Virus record (IMG/VR): IMGVR_UViG_3300045581_000900
Location: 47,940 to 111,939 of that record
Direction: 5' to 3' (one strand)
Length of the DNA stretch: 64,000 nucleotides
Source: a virus
Part shown: positions 19,180 through 28,082 of the stretch, in pieces
Position numbering within the stretch: position 1 is the first letter of the stretch
Layout: the number at the start of each line of letters is the position of its first letter
The notes under the pieces: model-generated
Databases searched by the model: none
Seen by the model: only the letters and a program-made list of their open reading frames with translations
Told to the model about the DNA's origin: nothing
Program-made: the position numbers and the translations under genes

Positions 19180-20154
19180 TTAATTTCTATTAAACATTGC
19201 CGGCACGATTGCGTGCATCATACCACCCCAAAGTCCCATGTCTTGTAACTTTTGTTGGCCCAGCGGTGTTAAACCGGCCATTGCCGACAACGCTCGGCCC
19301 GCGATGTTTGCCGTCGCCAATCCGACGCCCGCAGACGCAATACCGCGAATCACGTCGACAGGCCGAATAATCGGAGAACGTTGGGCCGTGCTGATGCCTG
19401 TCATTAAGCCAGTTGTCGCTGCGGCGTAAGCCGGGGGCGTAAACTGGCTCCCACCAGTATACATTCCGCGTTGTACATCTTGCCATGCCGCCTGATTAAA
19501 TTGCGGCACGGACACCGTCGGAGCAAACAGACTCGCGTTATTAAATTGTGCGAAGCCGACTTTTTCGTCAGGGGCGGTCGTGGGCGTCGTGTTCGGCGTC
19601 ACCCATGATTTCCAGAAGCCGATGTCTGGTCGCGTGCGGTAGGTGGCATAGGCGTTGTTTAAACCAATTAACCCGCCGCCAGCGAGGCCCATCAGGCCGA
19701 GATTCTTCCGCAGCCGACCACGCTCCAGATAGCGTTCTGGAAACAGGTTCTCTGCCAGTGCTCCCGCCCCGTAACCGACACCGCCAAGCATCAGCCCAGA
19801 GACGATCGCGTTGGATAACGGCGTCGGGCCGCCCAGCATTTTGTGGCCAAAATCGAACGCGTGACTGATGCCGGGAATCGCCGCAGATTTAATCAAAATT
19901 TCGCGGTCCCAGTCCGGCAGGGTTTCTCGGCTTCTGAGCACGACACAGCGACCATTATCGACGGCCAGCTTGGAGAGCGGCTTCGGTCGGTAGAGCACGA
20001 GCACGTCGTCGACCGTGTCCCATGTGGCTGTGGTGCCGGCTAAGTCACCGGTCTGGGCAGCGATCTTGAAATACAGATGCTGCAGGTGCATGGCCTGCGG
20101 CAGCAATTCAGCGACGCGGTTTGGCACCTGCTGCCAGTCTTGAAGCGTGGTCAT
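19180..20154 (-). CDS. Glycine-zipper probable virion protein
   Basis: GxxxG helices; FKIAA, SKLA, IKSAA motifs; HAFDFG. Confidence 0.75.
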   Translation of the reverse strand: MTTLQDWQQVPNRVAELLPQAMHLQHLYFKIAAQTGDLAGTTATWDTVDDVLVLYRPKPLSKLAVDNGRCVVLRSRETLPDWDREILIKSAAIPGISHAFDFGHKMLGGPTPLSNAIVSGLMLGGVGYGAGALAENLFPERYLERGRLRKNLGLMGLAGGGLIGLNNAYATYRTRPDIGFWKSWVTPNTTPTTAPDEKVGFAQFNNASLFAPTVSVPQFNQAAWQDVQRGMYTGGSQFTPPAYAAATTGLMTGISTAQRSPIIRPVDVIRGIASAGVGLATANIAGRALSAMAGLTPLGQQKLQDMGLWGGMMHAIVPAMFNRN

Positions 20155-21896
20155 TTCGGCCTCCCCAACGCCATGTTTAAAAACTGGTCGCCGTAGTTGT
20201 GAATGGCTTGTTCGGCGAAGTCGGGTTGCTCCATTTCGCCCCGCATGGCTTTCATGGCAAGTTGGTAGCGGTACTGCGGGCTTAACGCCGCCATGTACCG
20301 CTGATGATTCTGCCGAGCGTTGATCATGAAATCGCCGCGGCGTTTCACCTCCATCAACTGGTTCTGAATGTTTTCGAACACCGGCTTGTTGTAATCATAT
20401 TTAATCGGCTGCCGCAGGCTGTACATGTTGCGAAGTTGATTCATATACACGTTCTCGGCCGCCTTCACGGTCGCCGGAATAGCCGTCGGGTCCATGTGCA
20501 GCCGAAAGTTCGTCGGCGTATGCGTGACACCCTTGTGGTACGGCTTCGGGTCGTCAATCCGCCAATCGTGCGGCGATTGTTCCATTAATCGCCGCAAAAT
20601 CTGCGTCTTTTGTTCGTACTGTTTGTTGTCCGAGTGCTTTTTAGCCGCCAGCAGCTTTTGAATGATGGCTTTATCAGCGGCAATAGCGGCTTTTTCTATT
20701 TCTTTGATTTTTTCGTAGTAGTGGGGGTCTTCGGACAGATGATCTTTGGCAATTTCTTTGGCGATTTGATCATTACTTGTGTGTTCGTGCTCATGCTTGG
20801 CTCCTTCGGCTAACGCGGCTGGAGAAAATTCCTGATCGGGTAAATTATCGGCTTCTCCGCCCGGTAACAGGTCTTTTTGTCCCGAGTGGGAAAGTTCGGC
20901 AGCCGCGGCTTTGTTAATAGCCGGAGCTAAGAGTTTTTTAATGTCCGGGCCCATGTAGTCGTCGCCTTCGGGCAGGCCGTGCGACAACGTAACCACTGCG
21001 TCAGAACCGACAGTGGCATTAAAGTTTCCGGGCTTGAGTTTGTGCTTCAGCAGTTCCAGATAATGCTCGTGCTGCCAGCCTTCTCGCGGGTCGTTACCGA
21101 GCGGCCGAAACGCTGTCGGCCTAATCTTGACGCCGAGTTCTTCAAACATCTCCCGGGCGGCGGCTTGGGCCGGAGTTTCGCCCGCTTCGATGCCGCCGCC
21201 CATAAACCGCCGTTTGCCGATATTCTGCGGCCATTTTGAGTTGTTGAGCGTTTCCATCAAATACTGGTTTTTATACGGCATTACGACGCGGACGCGGGGC
21301 TGCGGCTGATCGCTGGCCGCTTTTCTCACCTCGTTATCCTGCAGCACTTTCTTGCGGCGAACAGCGACGGTGATGTGGAACTGATGGTCGCCGTTCATGA
21401 GCGGCGAGAGCCCGTAGCTCTTGCGTAACGCGGCCAGTTCAGGGCTGGAGACTTGAATGACCCAGACTTTGCTGATACTGCCGGCCTTATTAATGCTTAT
21501 TTCCTTCATGCTCCCCAGTCGATAGGAGAACATGTGGCCGCGTTCGTTGATCTTGTCAACACCGATCTGCTCCACCTCGTCAGCCTTCATGACCGAGATG
21601 TGGGCGTTGAGCACGTCTGCAGCAACGTTCGGCACGCTCCACACGCCACTCGTCGGCAATTCGGCTCCGGGAACCGACATGGCGTCGAATACGCCGCGGA
21701 CAAGGGCGTTCGGCACGGAGAGCAGCAGCCAGCCGCTTTTGGCTAAATACAGCCGGCCGACAAGCGGGTAGTTCGTCGCGGCCTGCTTGTTGCCGCGGTA
21801 CAGCCAGCCAAACGCGTGGCCGGCTTTATATTCGGGCGTTTCGGCGTAAAGCTCGGGTCGCCACGTTCGTTGATCTAAGACTGAGAAGCCATCCAT
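20151..21896 (-). CDS. Modular polyprotein: 2H phosphoesterase + NUDIX hydrolase + DUF5661-like + further modules
   Basis: HISV and HITV (2H motifs); NUDIX box GGIEAGETPAQAAAREMFEELG; EHEHT...EIAKDHLSEDPHYY; KQA/KAA linkers. Confidence 0.85.
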   Translation of the reverse strand: MDGFSVLDQRTWRPELYAETPEYKAGHAFGWLYRGNKQAATNYPLVGRLYLAKSGWLLLSVPNALVRGVFDAMSVPGAELPTSGVWSVPNVAADVLNAHISVMKADEVEQIGVDKINERGHMFSYRLGSMKEISINKAGSISKVWVIQVSSPELAALRKSYGLSPLMNGDHQFHITVAVRRKKVLQDNEVRKAASDQPQPRVRVVMPYKNQYLMETLNNSKWPQNIGKRRFMGGGIEAGETPAQAAAREMFEELGVKIRPTAFRPLGNDPREGWQHEHYLELLKHKLKPGNFNATVGSDAVVTLSHGLPEGDDYMGPDIKKLLAPAINKAAAAELSHSGQKDLLPGGEADNLPDQEFSPAALAEGAKHEHEHTSNDQIAKEIAKDHLSEDPHYYEKIKEIEKAAIAADKAIIQKLLAAKKHSDNKQYEQKTQILRRLMEQSPHDWRIDDPKPYHKGVTHTPTNFRLHMDPTAIPATVKAAENVYMNQLRNMYSLRQPIKYDYNKPVFENIQNQLMEVKRRGDFMINARQNHQRYMAALSPQYRYQLAMKAMRGEMEQPDFAEQAIHNYGDQFLNMALGRPK

Positions 21897-21911
21897 GGCA
21901 GCCCCGTATGT

Positions 21912-22109
21912 TTACTTCTGGGCCGCCGCCGCTGTCGTGGAATAACTTTCTGGGGCCGCGGCGGCCGCTGGACCACACACAGTAATCGCGTGTGCAGACA
22001 AAAACATCGCCCAGCCACATAGGGCCGCCATAATCCACGCCATCAGGCTCATCTGGTTACGGATGTGTTGATTCATGGTCATCGTTGTCGCCGTAGCGGT
22101 GTGTGTCAT
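21912..22109 (-). CDS. Small single-TM protein overlapping the holin-like gene end
   Basis: TM LMAWIMAALCGWAMFLSA; start uncertain. Confidence 0.5.
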   Translation of the reverse strand: MTHTATATTMTMNQHIRNQMSLMAWIMAALCGWAMFLSAHAITVCGPAAAAAPESYSTTAAAAQK

Positions 22110-22431
22110 CCCGGTCCCTTTCGTGATTAATGATGACTTTAATCCCGGCACCAGACAAGAGCGAAATTAAGATGTCAGTCAGCGTCGAGCCGCCCATGCC
22201 CGCGAGGACACAGATGCCGATTAGACCGTGAATATTCGCCGCCTTTTGATAGTTTTCGTACCAAATCAGGGAAATGGCCAAACCCATAAACCCGGCGTTT
22301 AACATCGAGCTTACCACCGCTAGTTTAGAAAGTTTGCGGCTGAAACGCAAAAGCGTCGCCAGCCCGGCAAACGCCGAGACCCCGAACGCCGACGCAAACA
22401 CCGATAAAGACACGATAAATTCGTCGACCAT
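22057..22431 (-). CDS. Three-TM holin-like protein
   Basis: ATG 22431 (MVDEFIV); three TM helices; charged C-tail. Confidence 0.65.
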   Translation of the reverse strand: MVDEFIVSLSVFASAFGVSAFAGLATLLRFSRKLSKLAVVSSMLNAGFMGLAISLIWYENYQKAANIHGLIGICVLAGMGGSTLTDILISLLSGAGIKVIINHERDRDDTHRYGDNDDHESTHP

Positions 22432-22448
22432 GATTTTTTGCGTTAAAA

Positions 22449-22681
22449 AGGTGTGTACCGCAAGCCCCCGCGATCCCCTATCCGCGGGCCCGACCCTGAC
22501 CGAAATCAGGGCTTCACGACGACTTTCGAGGGCAAGAAATTTGCCCCGTGTGGCATTCGCCGTACCCCCAATCGTGTTCACGACTAAACCTGACCACGAA
22601 ACCGTGTTGCCGCATTTACATCCCTGTAGCAGCAGCAACCCTAACCAGCCGACCACCACGGCTAACTCACGGTACACACCT
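22449..22681 (-). ncRNA. Unnamed ~233-nt structured RNA (closing stem plus radial hairpins)
   Basis: 18-bp terminal stem AGGUGUGUACCGUGAGUU/GGCUUGCGGUACACACCU with G-U pairs only on the - strand; about 8 internal hairpins; short U tail. Confidence 0.65.
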
Positions 22682-22763
22682 AATTGTACAAAACGGGGGG
22701 TGCGTAAATACACAACCCTGTTTTGCCTGCACGAATTTTCAACGAGCGATGCCCGCGGGCTAC

Positions 22764-23219
22764 TCAGATATAACGGGCTGGCTCGTTGCTGCATAGGCCC
22801 GCTGGTTCGAAATTCTCCAGCCAGCCGGGTTCGGCAAGCTCGGGGTACGCGGCGATCGAGCGGTCGACCAGAGCGTGCGGGGGCAGTGTCCAGATAAACT
22901 GCGAACTTGTTAACGACATAAAGTCGAGGCTGACCAGAAAACAGTGGGCGTTAATGTTACACAGGGCGTCCATCGTCTCGGGGTCCGACGCCCGGCACCA
23001 CACCCGGTGCTTTGATAACAATGCCGGCGGGGCCACATGAAAGCCGGACTCGTTCGGCAGGATGAAGCCGCCGTTGCGAAAGCACACGTCGACGCACACG
23101 TGCCAGCCTTCTTTTAACGCCTGTTGAATATGCGGCAGCGTGTTCTCTTTCTCCGGCTGCCGACCCCGAATGTTGCCCAGATGTGAAATGATAATGCCGC
23201 TAAACTTTTGTCGATTCAT
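22764..23219 (-). CDS. GDPD/PLC-like phosphodiesterase-fold protein
   Basis: IISHLGN...ENT...GWHVCVDV pattern. Confidence 0.6.
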   Translation of the reverse strand: MNRQKFSGIIISHLGNIRGRQPEKENTLPHIQQALKEGWHVCVDVCFRNGGFILPNESGFHVAPPALLSKHRVWCRASDPETMDALCNINAHCFLVSLDFMSLTSSQFIWTLPPHALVDRSIAAYPELAEPGWLENFEPAGLCSNEPARYI

Positions 23220-23330
23220 GATGACATCCTTGTCGCTGGGCTGCAGAGTGCGAGCCGTCAAATAGATAGAGGACCGCCCATCGTAGCGAACCACGATGGG
23301 CGTGTCCATGCTTCGGCGAGAGTCCGCGGA

Positions 23331-24365
23331 TCAGAGCACTTTCGCCGCGATCAGACACCCGCGGGCGACGGCATGCAGCGGATCGTTGGCGTGCCGCACT
23401 TCTTTGACCGGCAGCGGAAACTCGTTCTCTTCGAGCTTCTTGGCAAACAAGTCGACGAAGCCTTTGGCCTGACTCGTGCCGCCGGCGATCACGACCGGCA
23501 GCGGGTTCTTGAACTTGGGCAGGAGCTTGTGCCCCTTCATCGCCGCGGCCAGATTCTTGGTGGTGTAGTCGATGAGCCGTTCGTAGTAGGAACTCACCGC
23601 GGCTAAGACAACATTATCGTTCGGCTGGCCGATCGTGAACTCACCGTTCTCTTTCTCGGCCTGCACAACGCTGTCCGGCTCGCCCACGGCAATGGCACTC
23701 ATGCGGTCAATCCAGTCGCCCGATTTTGTCGTCGAAAACATGACGGTCGGCTCGCCGTTGAGCATGACGCAGCAGTTCACCATGCCCGCTCCGCACGACA
23801 ACGCCACGCCGGTGTATTCGTCACCCTCCAGTTCCGAGTAGCACAGGGCCTCGGCCTCGTTGATCGCCCGGGCGTTGTAGCCGCACGAGGCCAGCACGGT
23901 CTTGACGACGTCTTCGTGGTAGCCGACGTCGAACTCGTCGTCCTCTTGGTCGACAGGCTGGGCGGGCACGCAGAACACCAGCTTCTCGTCCTGCTCGACT
24001 GCCTTGCCGCAAACCTGCTTGAGGATGTACGCCAAGACACGCTTGGCTTCTTTCTCTTTCGAACTCACGACGCCGCGGTACATGGGCCGCTTGGCCGACT
24101 CGTTCCGCTCGATAGCTTTCTCGATGGCGTCTTGGCCCAGAATGATGAACGTGCCGTCGGTATCTTTGACGAAGACTTTGCCCTGCAGTCCCTTCTCAAT
24201 CATCTTCGTCGCCACCGGAGTCGTGGGCTTGATACAGTAGAACGCGTCGCGGAATTCTTTGTAAGTCGTGTATTCCGTCTTGTCGTCGCTGGTAAAGCTG
24301 ACGGGGCCTTCGGTGTCACTGGCCAGCACGATATACGAGGTTCCGACGTCGAGTCCTTTTGCCAT
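23331..24365 (-). CDS. Actin-like ATPase, volactin-like
   Basis: Phosphate-1 GLDVGTS, connect-1 INEAEA, phosphate-2 SCGAGMVN, adenosine IAGGTS, connect-2 PLHAVARG. Confidence 0.88.
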   Translation of the reverse strand: MAKGLDVGTSYIVLASDTEGPVSFTSDDKTEYTTYKEFRDAFYCIKPTTPVATKMIEKGLQGKVFVKDTDGTFIILGQDAIEKAIERNESAKRPMYRGVVSSKEKEAKRVLAYILKQVCGKAVEQDEKLVFCVPAQPVDQEDDEFDVGYHEDVVKTVLASCGYNARAINEAEALCYSELEGDEYTGVALSCGAGMVNCCVMLNGEPTVMFSTTKSGDWIDRMSAIAVGEPDSVVQAEKENGEFTIGQPNDNVVLAAVSSYYERLIDYTTKNLAAAMKGHKLLPKFKNPLPVVIAGGTSQAKGFVDLFAKKLEENEFPLPVKEVRHANDPLHAVARGCLIAAKVL

Positions 24366-24367
24366 GA

Positions 24368-24730
24368 TTACTTTCCTTTCAGTTGTGCTAGTTTCGACAC
24401 CGACGCGTTGATCGTGTCTTCCTGAGCCGTGGTCCGGCCCAGTTCAACGTCCGAGCCCTTCTGGATCGTGTCGGTGTCGATTTTAGTTACGACTGTACGC
24501 GTATCAATATCAATTTTGCCGAGTTTTTCCTTTGTGGCGGAAACTTTTGCGGCTTTCTTTTCCTGTTCAAAGAAGCTGGTCGGCGATTGGACGCGGCTCT
24601 CCATGATTAAACTTGGGCCGCCGTCGATGCCGTGGATTTTGCGGAGCACGGTATAGAGAAAGTCCATGCGGGCAAAGAAATAGCCCAGCAGGAAACCGCC
24701 CAGAAAGCCGAGTGTTACATACGCTGCCAT
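24368..24730 (-). CDS. Membrane-anchored protein directly upstream of the actin gene
   Basis: N-terminal TM; C-terminal helix SVSKLAQLKGK; 2-nt gap to the actin ATG. Confidence 0.75.
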   Translation of the reverse strand: MAAYVTLGFLGGFLLGYFFARMDFLYTVLRKIHGIDGGPSLIMESRVQSPTSFFEQEKKAAKVSATKEKLGKIDIDTRTVVTKIDTDTIQKGSDVELGRTTAQEDTINASVSKLAQLKGK

Positions 24731-24740
24731 AGTCGCCTGA

Positions 24741-24992
24741 TTATACAGCAGCGTCCCCTTTATACTCGTCCATTACGTCAAAACCGGCCCGCACGTCAAA
24801 AATACTCGGGGCGTGCTGGGCCGCTTCGTGCAGGTCCCACAATTGCGGATAGTGCTTTAACAGCCGGCGGGCTTCGGCTCTGACGGCGGCCGGAATCTTC
24901 TTAAAACCACTCCCGGACGGGCTGGCCAGCTTGATTAAAAACTTGGCCGTGGCCATCACCGCTCGGGAGCGTTCGTACGGGAGCGTCATCAC
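24741..24992 (-). CDS. BPSL0761-like small protein
   Basis: [11 protein letters not shown]...RAEARRLLKHYP. Confidence 0.65.
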   Translation of the reverse strand: MMTLPYERSRAVMATAKFLIKLASPSGSGFKKIPAAVRAEARRLLKHYPQLWDLHEAAQHAPSIFDVRAGFDVMDEYKGDAAV

Positions 24993-25318
24993 GCCGTCGC
25001 CTTATTCTTGCTGTTCTTGTGCGTGTCGTACTCTTCCTTGACGCACCAGTTCCACATGTGCGGCGGCTGCTTCGGCCACGCCGGAAATGGCGACGGGGCT
25101 GGGGTCCACGGGTTTTGAATATTCTTTTGCGGCGGCTGTTTCTCGTGGGCGTCCTTCACGACCTGAATCGCGGCCTCGGCCATGTCGAGCCGGGCGACCA
25201 GCACCAGAAGCTGGTCTTCAAGTTCGCTGATCCGGGCGTGCAGCGACGGTGTCTTGGGCTTGGCCGGCTTTTTAATACTTTTCACGGGCTTCTTGTTATT
25301 CACAATCTTCTTTTTCAT
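24989..25318 (-). CDS. Hypothetical basic/coiled-coil protein
   Basis: ATGA overlap start MKKKIV. Confidence 0.6.
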   Translation of the reverse strand: MKKKIVNNKKPVKSIKKPAKPKTPSLHARISELEDQLLVLVARLDMAEAAIQVVKDAHEKQPPQKNIQNPWTPAPSPFPAWPKQPPHMWNWCVKEEYDTHKNSKNKATA

Positions 25319-25725
25319 GGCATCCATACCTTCAGTGGGTCGACGGCTCCTTTGCCGAAGACGGGGAGAGTTTCGCACACCGGGAACATATCTTCAAGGC
25401 GTTTAAAGACGCTTTTGTCGGCGGCTCCAATTCCCTCGGGCATGTCGTCGATCCAGATGTCGATCGTGTAGCCCAGAGCCAGCGTCCGGTCTCGCTTTGG
25501 CGAGTGATTGCAGAACACGACGTCGGACAGAAGCTTGAACGTGCTTTCGCCAAACACGGCGGCCATTTCCAGCCGGCTATAGGCACTCTCGGTTCGGCCC
25601 GTGACACAGAGAACCTTGTGCCCCCGCTTCACCGCGTGCTTGATAAAAAACCGCCAGAATTCGACGTCGCTGGTGAACGTGCGGTCGAAGTCGATGGCAA
25701 TCGTCGTCGCCCGATACGGCGTCAT
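25315..25725 (-). CDS. HAD-superfamily hydrolase-like protein
   Basis: [17 protein letters not shown] motifs. Confidence 0.75.
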   Translation of the reverse strand: MTPYRATTIAIDFDRTFTSDVEFWRFFIKHAVKRGHKVLCVTGRTESAYSRLEMAAVFGESTFKLLSDVVFCNHSPKRDRTLALGYTIDIWIDDMPEGIGAADKSVFKRLEDMFPVCETLPVFGKGAVDPLKVWMP

Positions 25726-25937
25726 GTAATCTGGCCGTCCTCGATCATGGCCTCAAAAATATCAAAAGCCTTCTTACTGCGAATCTGATGAAGTTGCTGC
25801 AGCCCCAGCAGAGCATTGGTCAACTCATCCGTGTCCAGTTCGCCCTCCATGACGGCGTCGGCCAACAGCCCGATATCGTCAGCGGTGTTCCACGCGTTCA
25901 TAATCGCCGTCTCTAGCCCAAAACGATCGTCAGCCAT
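25722..25937 (-). CDS. Hypothetical phage protein
   Basis: GGAGG SD then [16 protein letters not shown]. Confidence 0.7.
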   Translation of the reverse strand: MADDRFGLETAIMNAWNTADDIGLLADAVMEGELDTDELTNALLGLQQLHQIRSKKAFDIFEAMIEDGQIT

Positions 25938-25948
25938 AATCAGCCTCC

Positions 25949-26065
25949 TTACTTCTTTTTCTTCTTGAGCTTCTTCTCTAACTGCCGAATGTATCTCGCT
26001 TGGTCGTGGCACTGCTTGGACAGCGTCTTGACCTTCTTCTTCGTCCACTTGTCCCAGAATGCCAT
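25949..26065 (-). CDS. 38-aa highly basic peptide
   Basis: MAFWDKWTKKKVKTLSKQCHDQARYIRQLEKKLKKKKK; stop abuts the next SD. Confidence 0.5.
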   Translation of the reverse strand: MAFWDKWTKKKVKTLSKQCHDQARYIRQLEKKLKKKKK

Positions 26066-26208
26066 GTGCGTTTCTACTTCTTTAACCGCTGTCCTTTTCG
26101 ATGCCGCCCGGAAGCCGGAAGGCGTACCAGTCTGTAGGAAAAATGGACGATATTTCCTACAGACGCCGCAGTCCCGTGAATGAAATCGCGGTGTTTTTAC
26201 TCCCTCAA

Positions 26209-26281
26209 CTGCCCGGGTAGGACTCGAACCTACAACCCCAGCATTAACAGTGCCGTGCTCTGCCAGTTGAGCTACCGGGCA
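26209..26281 (-). tRNA. tRNA-Asn (GTT)
   Basis: Cloverleaf TGCCCGG...CTGTTAA...GGTTCGAGTCC...CCGGGCAG. Confidence 0.93.
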
Positions 26282-26437
26282 TTCTTTTGTTTCACCGCTC
26301 GTGTGTTTCTATTGCATCGCTGATCTATGCGATCCGTGATCGTCGAGCACAGCACGTGCAGTACCCAGAAAACGACTACCGCCCAGAACAACGCGTAAAA
26401 CGCCGCGAACAGAAAAAAGGGGCTAACAACATACACG

Positions 26438-27043
26438 TTACCGCCCCCAACTGTCGCCAGCAGCGGCATGGGCACTGCGGTACTGCAGGGCCAGCGTGTC
26501 AGCCAGAATCCGCCGCATCTTCTCGGCGTCCTCGTAGCTGTCCTGAAGCTGGTCTTCAAAGAACAGCGTGAGGTACGGAGCCACTGTCGGATGGGCGGAC
26601 GACAGCCGCTCCAGTTGCGTCAGCCGGCACGCGTAGTTCTTAACAACTTCTTCCTCTAGCTGAACTGCGTGCCAGAGGGCGTCTTCGACCTTGGTGAATA
26701 CCGGAAACGACTTGCCCGACTGGTTGGGAAGGGCAAAGTTCAGGCCCAGAAGCCGGTCCAAGAACTGCTGCACGTGCTCCAGTTCACTCTTGGCGGCATT
26801 CGTAAAGAACTCTTTGTACTCTTCCGCGTGCAAACCCGTGATATGGCTAGCGTGATAGAGATAAAACTGGAGGTGCGTCCACTCGTTCTGCAGGTCGTCG
26901 TTCATCAACTGCAGAAACTGCGGCAGCGTGATCACCGGGTCAACAGGTGTAAACACCATCTCGACCGGGGAGCCCTGACCACCGCGGCAGCAACTCGAAC
27001 TACCCGTCGGGCCAATCGGACCGGTTTCGCCTGTATGCGACAT
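26438..27043 (-). CDS. Ferritin/bacterioferritin-like diiron protein
   Basis: DLQNEW, SELEH, QLEEEVVKNY, EDQLQDSYED four-helix pattern. Confidence 0.8.
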   Translation of the reverse strand: MSHTGETGPIGPTGSSSCCRGGQGSPVEMVFTPVDPVITLPQFLQLMNDDLQNEWTHLQFYLYHASHITGLHAEEYKEFFTNAAKSELEHVQQFLDRLLGLNFALPNQSGKSFPVFTKVEDALWHAVQLEEEVVKNYACRLTQLERLSSAHPTVAPYLTLFFEDQLQDSYEDAEKMRRILADTLALQYRSAHAAAGDSWGR

Positions 27044-27115
27044 TATCTTTCTCCTCCATGAGAATTGCGGGCAGTGCGTATTTGTACGGCAGGGGCTAAC
27101 CACCGTCAATGGGAA

Positions 27116-28027
27116 TTAGACCCGGGCTTTGATAGCTAAATTAAAGCTGTCCCGCCACAACGGGGCCACGATGGACCAGTCAAAGAACCGACTGAGCTTC
27201 ACCGCCGCGTCCGACATGGACTGATAGAGTTCCGGCTCGGACCGTAAACGCTGCAGCCACGTGACGGCTTCGGCGACAAACGCCTCTTCCTCCAGCGGCA
27301 GCACGATCCCGCCACCAGCACCGGCAATCACAGGAAACAGCCCCACCGGCGTACCCAAGGTCGGCACACCCGACGCCGCCGCCTCGATAGCCGTATACGG
27401 GTTGCCCTCGGTGGTCGAGCAGAAGATCACCACGTCCACATTGCGATACAGCCGGTCGGCGGCGAGAAAATGAAAGTTCTCGCGGTTGTAAAACTCCAGT
27501 CCTGCCTGCTCGGCTACCCGTTGGGCCAGATAGCCACGTTTCAGGTCAGGCTTGCCGTCGTCGCTGCGGTGCATGCGGGCAAAGTAGCCCAGCCGCGTAA
27601 CTGACTGGCTTCTGGGCCGGATGTAGTTGGCTGTTGTCACGCCCACCGGCAGGATCGTCGGGGCACGCGGTACGCCAACTCGTTCTGCGGCGTCCTGAAT
27701 CGCCGACGAGACCGCGGCAAAGCCGGCTAATTTGTCAAAATACTCCGGCGGAAACCGGCGGAGAGCGTCTTCGAGATCGAACTCGCTGTGGGCGTGGGCG
27801 AAGCACTTCTCCAGCGGCCAGCCGTAAATATCGTGCAGAAAGAAACAGCCCACCGGCGTCGAGTAATACAGGTCGTACTTGTCGCGGAGCATGGCTGCTT
27901 CTTCGGCGAGGTACAGCCGCGTCCAGCACAGCACGTCACCGTCGACTTCGGGATGCAAGAACTTGATCAGTTCATTGCATATTTTCCCGAACACCCAGTT
28001 GTTCTCTAGAAAATAGAGGATTCGCAT
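27116..28027 (-). CDS. Glycosyltransferase (GT-B/GT4-like)
   Basis: CSTTEGNPYTAIEAAASGVP; start MRILYF. Confidence 0.82.
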   Translation of the reverse strand: MRILYFLENNWVFGKICNELIKFLHPEVDGDVLCWTRLYLAEEAAMLRDKYDLYYSTPVGCFFLHDIYGWPLEKCFAHAHSEFDLEDALRRFPPEYFDKLAGFAAVSSAIQDAAERVGVPRAPTILPVGVTTANYIRPRSQSVTRLGYFARMHRSDDGKPDLKRGYLAQRVAEQAGLEFYNRENFHFLAADRLYRNVDVVIFCSTTEGNPYTAIEAAASGVPTLGTPVGLFPVIAGAGGGIVLPLEEEAFVAEAVTWLQRLRSEPELYQSMSDAAVKLSRFFDWSIVAPLWRDSFNLAIKARV

Positions 28028-28082
28028 GCCGGCGTTATACCCGCCCGGCCAAAAGAAGTAAACGGGTTTTACCGCCCGTCGA

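Noticed and set aside
22432-22794. N-terminal extension of the 245-aa ORF
   Set aside because: The region is better explained by a structured RNA, and the holin-like hydrophobic domain begins at ATG 22431.
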